Shown here one piece after another: positions 53,588-64,000 of a stretch of DNA of 64,000 nt (position 1 is its first letter; the number at the start of each line of letters is the position of its first letter). Position numbers and translations under genes: made by a program. The notes below the pieces were generated by a model, which worked only from the letters and a program-made list of their open reading frames with translations, did not search any database and was not told the DNA's origin. Source of the stretch: Eledone cirrhosa (taxonomy: Eukaryota); NCBI GenBank assembly GCA_964016885.1, contig OZ024745.1, positions 56,730,001 to 56,794,000 on the forward strand, read 5' to 3'.

Positions 53588-56500
53588 GGGAGAGCGAGAG
53601 ATATGAAATATAAATATTTGATGGAGAACGAAAATAGAGACAGATTGACTGAATATCTTCTATATGAACGTTATTTAACATTAGGCCGACTTTATTCGAA
53701 AAGGAAACATGTTTCGTTATGTAATTTATTTTAAAAATATCAATATAGTTTCCCATTGCAACAAATCTTTCAAAATATATTGAGTGACATAAATTTTTCA
53801 TTATACGTAACAACTTCTTTAAAATATATGAAGCTGATTAATTTAGCACGAGTAAAGTTAGCGTCAGAGTGAAGGAGAGAGAGAGAGAGAGCGAAAGAAA
53901 GATAATGTGAGGGAAAGTGTATAAGCGAGTGGGGAGATGTGAGAGATAGGTAAACAAGAAGAGAGGAAAAGAGACAGAAAACGAGTCTCTAGATTTAGTA
54001 TTTTATTTGATCAAATTTTAAAATTATATATTAGTGTCCTAGTTTTGTGTTTTCGTCTCCCTGGAAAAAATAAGATTTTCTTTTTTTCTCTTTTTGAGCG
54101 AGTGACTCCTAGTCTTCATTAAGTTATCTCTATAGGAGAAGGTCACTCTGATATAAAACCTGTGACTTCGTTTGCATCTAATGATGTAGACCAGTTCTTC
54201 TTTTTGGACAAATGAATTCGATGTGAAGTGAGTGGGAGTGGCTCCGTGCAAAGCCTTTCTTCACTTAAAAAAGATTTAAACACCGGCATCGCTTGATGTG
54301 TCACATTCTTTACGGTGAATGGCATTGCAGGCCATAGGCAAGTCCAGTGATCCCCATGCTTAAGCATTAAGTGATGGCATTACTCAAAAAAGAGTTGCAG
54401 CCATCATCTTGTATGTATGCATGCATGTATTTCTGTATGTGTATGTTCATATGTATTTACGTGTGTATGCATGCATTATATACGTATCTTTGCTACGTAT
54501 CAAGCTTTTGGAAAGGGATACAGATCGAGTTAACGGATATATTTTCAGATATTTCTATGTAATTACATTTTACGCTTCTCACTTATCATTTGACGCGCGT
54601 CAGATAATTTTTTTATTTACTTTTCTAATACAATAGCTATCATGAGATCTAAATCCAATATGAAAGCATCATTTATCATTTGTTAAATATAGTAGAGAAA
54701 AAAATTAATGAGATCAAACAATTCAAGTAGGTATAATGCTGAAATATAAACTGATGAAGCGTAAAGATAATATGGAAGATATGAATGGTGTGAATATAAA
54801 ATATACGATATAGAAATTAAACAGATTTAAATGCTGATCAATGTTAAATTGCTTCTATTGAGATAAAATAATGCAAAACGTAATATTCTACAAATATATT
54901 CAGATAAAAGCACACAGACATAATATCCCATTGCAACACATGTTTATAATTTCCTGCTAAAGGAGAATGCTGTCCTAAATATGTGTACTATTACATTTTT
55001 TCTTTAACACGGGAAGTAATTATTCGCCGTAGCAGGTTGTTAGTGTATATATCGGAATACACGAGTTTGACAGACAAGAAAAGGATTTGAAACGGTATTT
55101 AATTTTAGAAATTACGCACATGAATCGATGTAGGCTGAATGTATATTTACTCAAATTGTCTAATAGATAATTCTAATTCATAGTTCTTCTACAAAAATAT
55201 ATATTGCTTGGTTACACCTAAAACACCTTTAATAATGCTAATATTTACAGTGCAAGAGCGTGTTGGCTGATATAAATATAAAAGAACTGATTAAATAAAA
55301 TGCGATATCCTTGCACTTTTTTCTCACGTGTTTTCTATTTCTAGTTAAACAGGAATCGAATTCCTGTGCTTTTCTGTGCATATCAGTTTCTATTAAAATA
55401 ATTTGCTAGCCCCTGATTGGACCTTTAAGCACAGTACTTGAGCGATACTTTATTTAATTCGACAGAGAAGGATCAAATATGTAGATGACATCGGCATAAT
55501 TTGAACAGTGTCTATAAAATACCATAACTGAATACCGACAAACATTTTATACCACTTCTGGCAATCTACCACCCACTATCTTACATATTATTCCAGGTAA
55601 TCAAAGACATTCATTAAGTTTTGCTTCATAATTTAACATCCACGTTTATGTTTTCAACCCAGAATATCTTCCACTAACATCTACACTTATGCATTGACAA
55701 ATATTGTTAGAATGTTGGAGCAGCATCTCAGAAATCAGTCAATTGGATTGATATTACACCAATAAATGGAATACAACCTTCAAAAATATTAAACACTTTG
55801 ATAACATTTAAAGATGAGATAATTACAGCTTTCTCATATATCTACTTAATTTGCTCTCTCTCTTGGTTGAGGAAGTAAAACCATCCATAGCAGCAACAAA
55901 TCAAATACGCAGAATAACTAGCTGTCAAAAATAATATATATGTATATTTTCACAGTCCTTGCTAGTTATTGCTGTGAAATTACTCACGAATACGAAGAGC
56001 ATTTTGAAGAATGAAATAGGCATTAGATGATATACTCCTTGATGTTCTACAATGAAGGAGTTTGATTCTAGAACACCATTCATCAGAGGTCTGCTCACTG
56101 AAAAATTATAAGTAACCACCACAAATAGCATAGGAATCAGCATATCAACTTTCACAGCCCCAAATCTATATACATTGCAACAACTCAATGTTGCATCACA
56201 ATAAAGAATTTACGTTTCTCAGGATAGGTTATTGAGAAATACAGATTTACAGTAGGGGAAATGAAAATTACATTCAGACAGTGTTATTTAAATATCCAAG
56301 AAACGAGCTTATGAAGTCAAATATACATTTTATTGGTATTGTATTTCAGTAATAGCACATGAATGAACCTAGTGCTACTTTGATAGTATATTACTATTAT
56401 GAGATTGCTTCTTCAGGTATTATTTTGATATCGATAATATAGATATTAAATATTAAATAATGTACCTTTAACTTCCTGACATTTGTTCCAAATATTTGTT

Positions 56501-56589
56501 TCATTCGCGATCATTACGATCAGTATAAACGATTGAACTAAACTGCAAACTAGCCATCATAATACGTCTGATATATTGTATTGAATAAA

Positions 56590-56745
56590 TAACGCTCGGA
56601 TGTCTATATGAATGCAAGAGTATGTGTGTTCGGATAAATGAGGCTAAATCGAAACCCTTTAGTGTAGGAGACAGAGTCGGATTCCACCAAGGGTGCGTTC
56701 TGTCACCTATCATATTCATTATTTTCATGAAGAGGATTCAGATGC
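56590..56745 (+). pseudogene. Non-LTR RT fragment
   Basis: CVRINEAKSKPFSV...GFHQGCVLSPIIFIIFM (QG..LSP motif). Confidence 0.7.
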
Positions 56746-57606
56746 GCAACCGAGCTGGAAGTTTTATCACGACTGGCTGGTATAGAAACAGTCGGCTTTA
56801 ATTTCTCTACATGGTTGTGTTCATGATTCGAGAAACAGAAATTACGGTATTTAGAACTCTATTTTACAAAATGAGGAATTTTGTCATTCATTTCGTCTAA
56901 AACTTTTAAAGGCTAAACATATACAGATAATGAGAAAGCTAACATATTAGTTAGATGTTAATACAAATTCATTCTGGCCTCTTTTTCCGAACACTACCTT
57001 CTTCCTTTATTGGAAGGTAGTATACAAAACGTAAAACGTTTCACAATTTATTACTGTTTAGATGTTAGTATCGAAAGCTGTAAAGTGACAATTTGGTTTT
57101 CAAGGATATTACTACAATCTTGTATTTCTCGTAACCTAAATACGTTTGTTATTCATATAATTTTGATTCTGCTATAGGTCAAAAACATACTACCGCAAAT
57201 AAACAAAGTAAATTTTAATTTAAACTGTTATAAATAACCGAGGAAACAATTGGAGAGGTGTGTCGTAAGAAGTTCAACATTGCAAAGGCATCTTAATTCG
57301 TTTCATATTTTATTCGGTTATTCGAAAATTATATTTATGTTTTACTTGAAATATTCTGAGCTTTTGCCTTTTATATTTTTAGAAACTATTTCTATTGTAT
57401 TCGAGTTAAAAAGTTGCATATGCAACGTATAGTCATTATTTTTACCCATTAATCTAATGATTCAAAAGATAAAGATATATTAAATTGCATTCGTGAAATT
57501 TTGCAGCTTCTCTCTCTATCTCGAGTTCTCACACTCACTCACTCTCTTTTCCTTTTCTTTCTCTCCATAGATACACACGGAAGGGAAGAAGCATATACAT
57601 ATATGA

Positions 57607-57669
<63 letters not shown>

Positions 57670-58003
57670 TACATATACATATATACACACATGTATATAT
57701 ACATGTGTATATATACATATGTATGTAAATGCATGTATACACAGACACACACACACACACATACATCCACACACACACACACACAAACATATATCATTAT
57801 ATATATATATATATATGAATGTATATATATATAGGTATATATTTCTGTGCGTATATAAGTGTATACAGAGAAAGAAGTAGGTAGACATGCAGACGACAGT
57901 AAGAGAGGGAGAGAGAAAGTGAATGATAAATGAGTGCGGAAACTAGATTACAGATCTGACATTCAAGATGTAAGGAAAACATAACACACCCATTTCAGTA
58001 GCC

Positions 58004-58071
<68 letters not shown>

Positions 58072-58393
58072 ACTAATAATAATAATAATAATAATATTAA
58101 TGGTAGTAAGAAACGAAACATCTAGCCCATTCGTTTAGGTTCATATGATGACCCTGAAACCTATAGCATTTCATATATATATATATACACTCTCTCACCC
58201 ACCCACCCCACATATATATATGTGTGTGTGTGTGCGTGTGTGTGTGTGTTTGTGTGTATGGGACAATGCATCTTAACGTGTATGCATGTGTGTTTGTGTG
58301 TGCGTGTTTATAGACTTGCATAATACATTGCTCGCTTGACATACAATTCCAGTTGAAGGTTTTTTTTCTGTATTCGTACAGCACTTTGTAATA

Positions 58394-58466
<73 letters not shown>

Positions 58467-58521
58467 ATTGCGTTTCGCTTACTTCTACCCGCCGAAATAC
58501 GATTCTCGCTGAATTTATATT

Positions 58522-58560
<39 letters not shown>

Positions 58561-59402
58561 CGATAGATTTATGTTTTTATTTTCATTACCAAAGAGATCC
58601 ATATCAGTAAACGCGACGACATACTTCAGGTGCGATAAAAGGATAAACATAATTGAAATTTCAATCGACCATCGTAACACGACATTATAAAAAGGTGTCG
58701 GATTTTGGTTTAACACATTCCTTAAAGTAGTTGATATTTCTTTGTCATCAGCTATCTTTGGTTAATGTGTACACAATATAAATAATCCGTTCCAACTCCG
58801 CAAAGCCACCAAAAATCATTTGTTATGCGTTTTAAAACAGGAAAGTTTCAGTAACAAAGAAAATGACTATTATAAAATCAAATAAATGAGAATGCAATAG
58901 GAATATGTAAATTTGTTTTATTAATTGTGTGAAACTTGCTTGAATTGCGGATTTCCATTCGTTCTACAAGATAAAAATTCGGACGAGACTCGGCTCAGCA
59001 AATGATTCGTACTGTGAGGTTCTATTGTATATTGTTTATTCAGGAAACTTTGCTACTGCCGTATTCTTGGTTTGGCATTCATGAGAATCGTTCATCTGGT
59101 CTATAAGTTGAGCATTGACGCAAGATATTTGTGGCAGCTAATAGGTAAGGAGTGTCCATCGTAGTCATTCACAAGACTGGCAGTATCTAAGCTGTTCCTT
59201 TGTCTTTGGGGAATACAAGTGCTACGATTTTTGAATTTAGTTAACGAGATGTTTCTCCGCGGACAGCGAGGTAATAAATATTGGAGGTTGTGGGCGGAGG
59301 CATATGAGAGAGTAGCAATCGCTGCGCAACCATACAAATAAACAGCGATATAAAGAGACAGATGATTACATGGATAAATGAATAGATAGATATAGATAGA
59401 TA

Positions 59403-60365
59403 AATTTCTTTATTCGCCACAAGGGTATAAAAGATGGGAACAAATACAAAGTGGGGAGTTTACATACATGTGTGTAAAAAGAAATAACAATCATAAATTA
59501 AACAATTACAATCTCCAATATGGGAGAGGCGTTACACAGAGGTTGTATACACCCCGAAAAATATACAACCCTCGTCTCCAGGTGCACGAAGAGTTAGTGC
59601 TCCCTTCCTCTCTTCTTCTTCTTCCTCAACCTACAGGTTTCTATAGAGAGAAGGCCCAACCACTCGGGCCATTCTTGCCAGTTTCACCCACCTTTCAGAG
59701 AATTTGCTGGGTTTCAGCACCTCTCCCTCCACTCTGATACTTCTTCTAACAGTTGTTCGCCGGAGAGAAAGGCGTCTGACCTCAGACCTTTCAGCCTCGT
59801 CCACCATATAGCCTCTTTCACCATAGCCATTACACAGAGGAAAACCGCCTCTCCTTCGTTTTTGAAGGAAGGTGGTGGTTTGATCGTAATAATCGACTCG
59901 GTGGTCGACCGGATTTGTTCCACCCGCGACAGTAGTCGTTTTGCGTAGCTCCACAGGTCGATAACGCCCGGAGTGAACGAATGCGTGCGCGACGGCTTCC
60001 TGTTCCCGCACGCATCTCGGACAGATTTTTTTTCGAGGGATCCCTGCTCGGGCGCCCGTGTCTGTAGAGCTTGTCTCGAACGGGTAGAGCTCCTCGGTAG
60101 CACTGCCAAGCCAGGGACTTTTGGAAGTTGTCCATTGGTCCCAGACGGAAGGTCCTACCGAACAGATTGGCTAGTTCGTCTCCTCCTATGCCTAGAGGTT
60201 CCCCGAGAGTGTCGTCGCACTTGCTGCGCACCAACCCTCCATAGAATGACGAGGTGGAGTCTCCACTGATTGCCGGGTCCGTTTGCCAGAAGACTGATGG
60301 CCTGAGCACATTCGATGTGCCAGAAACCCATTTTCCTCGGTCTTTGCTTGCCTCCAGGACTGGGT
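59403..60365 (-). mobile_element. 5'-truncated Tx1/L1 LINE: ORF2 C-terminus + 3'UTR, embedded in (GATA)n
   Basis: FQKSLAWQCYRGALPVRDKLYRHG, EAVAHAFVH, MVKEAIWWTR; AATAAA near 59408-59413; TAGA repeats on both flanks. Confidence 0.85.
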
Positions 60366-60418
<53 letters not shown>

Positions 60419-61847
60419 CAGCGAGATAGATAGATAGATAGGTAGTTAGATTGATTGATAGATAGTTACGGGGATAGCTGGATAGTTAGAAAACATTCTT
60501 GGTAATTTATAACTCAATAATTCATAAATTTTAATAAAAATACTGAAGTAAGTTATTGTAATTGATTTAAATTAATATAAAACGAAATGTGGTTATGACC
60601 AGAGTTAATTGTTTCTAGTTGATCTTCTTCGAATATAGCTACATTGATAAACAAAGGTACATAGATAACTAAAGCTTGATAGGAGATAGACAGAGAGACA
60701 TATGGAGAGCTAGAGAGTTAAATACATAGATAGGGAATCAGCAATCTATGTAGGTCGGTATCTATACAGATATGCTGTTAGGTATATAGAAAGGTAGATA
60801 GATATATAGAACGTCAGATAGGTTGGGAGGTACGTAGTTATGTAGGTAGGCCGATAGAGATGTATTCAGACAGTCTCAGTAGCTAGGTAGGCAGATAGAT
60901 GTTTAGTCAGGAAACAGAGAAATTAGCTGATTCTTTAAGATATAATGTAAAGACTATGTATTGTCGTGAATTTTGAGGCTTCAGTTATGTTTTGATACAA
61001 TGTGAGAATATAATACAATATTTTCTTAGCATGTGTAGCAATTATATGTGTTGCTAGAAGACTCTGCGTTTTTAATTTTATATAGAATAGTAATTCCTGA
61101 TTATCGAAGAAATGCTAGGTTGTTGCGAATTATCTAGATTGAAATAGGTCACGAATACTCTAGTAAATCATACATTGCTGGCATTTTATATATGATCAAT
61201 GAGAAGTGAGAGTGTTCGAGATTTAGGAGTTTGTTTTAGAATTCCGCAAGAACAATATAATATGTAAGAGAATGAAATACATGAGTATTTCACTTGATAA
61301 TGTCGTTGACCTTCTTGGGTTACTAAATATTTGGCTAGTATGTTGTAGAGAAAAAGAAATTGAAGAATGTTTGTTATAGCTCAATTTGAAAGTGAAGAAT
61401 GAATATAATTTCACTACTGCTCTCCTAGCTGTTTTATATAGATCAGAGTGAAGTTTATATTGCCGGATATATTTAATTGTTAGTGTTGAAATAATTGGTA
61501 GCAGCTAAGTTATAGCCGAATGTCGGCTCTGGTCCTGACGAGTCAGACTTGAAACATATTTTAGACGTCGTCAGTCAACAGCGCAGCAAACGCTTTTGTA
61601 GATATAGAGAAGTGATATTTTGTGAGCAAGTTGTGAGCAAGTTTACTGATTGTGAAGAAAATCGCAATTTGGGACACTCCCTTGGAGTACATAAGTTAAG
61701 TATTAATAAGATTAATTAAAAGGCTTTTAAAGTAGCGATTATATAAACATTCTCAGGTAAATTTATAAGTATATAAAATATAGTTGTTATATTTCAGGAA
61801 ATTACAGAAATGAAGATCATCTTTCAAAGTATTTAACAACCACATGC

Positions 61848-61920
<73 letters not shown>

Positions 61921-61959
61921 CGCACATCTCTCTCTCAAACACACACACACGACCGAACG

Positions 61960-63522
61960 GAACGTTTAAGGGTAAAGACCCCGCACTTTACCCAGAAGGA
62001 CCACAGGGGAGACTTCCTCAACAAACCATCAGTCAGCCATATCAACCCCATACGTTCCGATATCGGCTCTATCAGCAAAAAGTTAGAGTTCTACCATCAC
62101 TGCTGGCGGCTTCACCACTCCCACTCTGGAGCAGATTTCCGAGGCAATCACTTGGTTCCAAGAATTGCCCGATAAACGCCACACTCGTTTCCTGCAATTC
62201 GACATAGAAGACTATTACGCTTCTATCTCAGAGCCCCTATTGAAGGATGCACTTGCTTTTGCCAGGAATGTTACCACCATAACCGACGCTCAGCAGGATG
62301 TGATCCTCCACGCCGGTAAGACCTTTATACACCACGAAGGATCTTACTGGATCAACAAGAAGTCTGAGACCCCTTTCGACGTCAGCATGGGAGCAGGTGA
62401 CTCGGCTGAAATTAGCGACCTCGTGGGCCAGTACATCCTATACCACGTGAAGAACCTCTTCACGGGCCTAACCGGAGGATTATACCGAGATGATGGCCTT
62501 TTCGCCTTGCACAAAGTTAACCCCAGAACTACTGATGTGTTTCGTAGAAACTTAAGCTCGTTCTTCCGTAATCTAGGATTTAGAATAAGAATAGAATCTA
62601 ATATGACTAGTGGCAACTTCTTAGATGTCACTCTCGACTTAGATACTTCCCTCTACCACAAACCTAACGAGTCCCTCAGATATATAAACGTTAATTCAAA
62701 CTACCCCCAAAACATCACAGATAACTTAGTTAAAAACGTCTCACTCAGAATCCCTGGTCTCTCGGCCAATGAAGATATCTTTAGCGCCTCTGCCTATTAC
62801 TACAACAACGCCCTCGCCCGCAGCGGATTTATAGAAAAGATTGCTTATCTAGAAACCACCCCAAAACTACCTAGGAGAAATAGGCATAGGCAGATTAGTT
62901 GGTACAACTCCACCTTCAATAGAGAGGTTTCTACACCTATAAGTAGGACTTTCTTCAAATTGCTGAATATACACTTCCACACACAACATAGGTACTACAC
63001 TATTTTTAATAAGAATATAATACGACTCTCCTACTCCACTACACCTAACCTAGCTAGGAGTATATCCAATCTCAACACTACAAAATTAAATAAGGCTACT
63101 ACCTCCGAACCCAATCTCCGGACAGGAGCTTTGTGCGATTGCCAAAATAAGGTAACCTGCCCACTTGAAAACAAATGCCTGACAAATGACATTGTATATA
63201 AATGTGATGTCATCTCAGGCACTGATGACAACAACAAAAAGACCTACATCGGCATGACTTCCAACAAGTTTAAGAACCGGTGGTATGCTCATACCCACTC
63301 TTTCAGAAGACCGGACAAATCAAATCAGACAACACTCGCCTCCTATGTCTCAAAGGGAAAATACTCCAGAAAGCGCGCTCTTACAAGGGAGGACACAAGT
63401 GCTGTGCCCTTTGTATTTCAGAGAGCTACGAAATACTATTTGCCAAGGGCCAAATACCAAACAAACACTCTGAATACTGCCCGAGTTGCATGCAAAAAAC
63501 TTTGCTACTTTCTAATATCTTA
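61960..63522 (+). pseudogene. Penelope-like element (Neptune-type Cys linker) RT + GIY-YIG ORF, 5'-truncated and frameshifted; longest open part 62165-63523
   Basis: KDH..F.NKP...INP..SDIG.ISK; QFDIEDYYASI; FDVSMGAGDSAEISDLVG; LYRDDG; NFLDVTL; YHKPN; CDCQNKVTCPLENKCL; IVYKC; TYIGMT; FKNRWYAHTHSF. Confidence 0.93.
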
Positions 63523-63790
63523 AGCCAGTGTTGCTGCCAGATGGCTAAAAAGATTATATTAAAAAAATCCCAATCGACAAAATATCCCCTCCACCTCCAT
63601 CCCACGCTACCCGTACCTCATCTCGAACAGCCTGACGGCACTAGTGTAATATAAGCACTTCTCACCTATTTCCATTTTCCACATGTATAACGTACTTCAA
63701 TGAATGCATGTATATAAGTGTGTATATATGTGTGTGTGTATTTATTTATGAATATGTATGTATGTCTATGTGTATGTATATATATGTATA

Positions 63791-63894
<104 letters not shown>

Positions 63895-64000
63895 TATGTA
63901 TATATGTGTGTGTATATATATGTATATATGTGTGTGTATATATATGTATATATATGTGTGTGTATGTGTATGTATGTATGTATGTATATATATATATATA

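Noticed and set aside
54040-54370. Possible CR1 LINE 3' fragment (KTRSHSLK)
   Set aside because: Only one short motif supports it.
55925-56188. 87-aa hydrophobic ORF
   Set aside because: Non-ATG start, no recognisable motif; this length is expected by chance.

Overview
AT-rich, microsatellite-dense eukaryotic intergenic/intronic DNA. The repeat content resembles an invertebrate, probably an Octopus-like cephalopod (inference). No host protein-coding gene is supported; most ORF-track entries are translated (TA)n/(CA)n/(GA)n runs. Recognisable content is decayed mobile DNA: L1/Tx1-type LINE pieces, Penelope-like elements (PLE; RT + GIY-YIG), RTE and R4/Dong LINE fragments, two tRNA-derived SINE families, two non-autonomous Helitrons and a mariner end. 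The most striking signal is a dense set of 100-450 bp fold-back (palindromic) inserts from several unrelated families. They share one asymmetric plan: (TA)n - short arm - turn - long arm - 40-100 bp unpaired tail - microsatellite. Several carry type-I hammerhead ribozyme cores pointing outward on both arms (intact at 26884-26944 and 27173-27233). In two families the arms match within a copy but differ between copies, and in one the turn lies exactly in hammerhead stem II. This suggests non-autonomous, ribozyme-bearing mini-PLEs whose palindrome is rebuilt at each insertion by snap-back priming. All structures were read by eye and coordinates may be off by a few bases.
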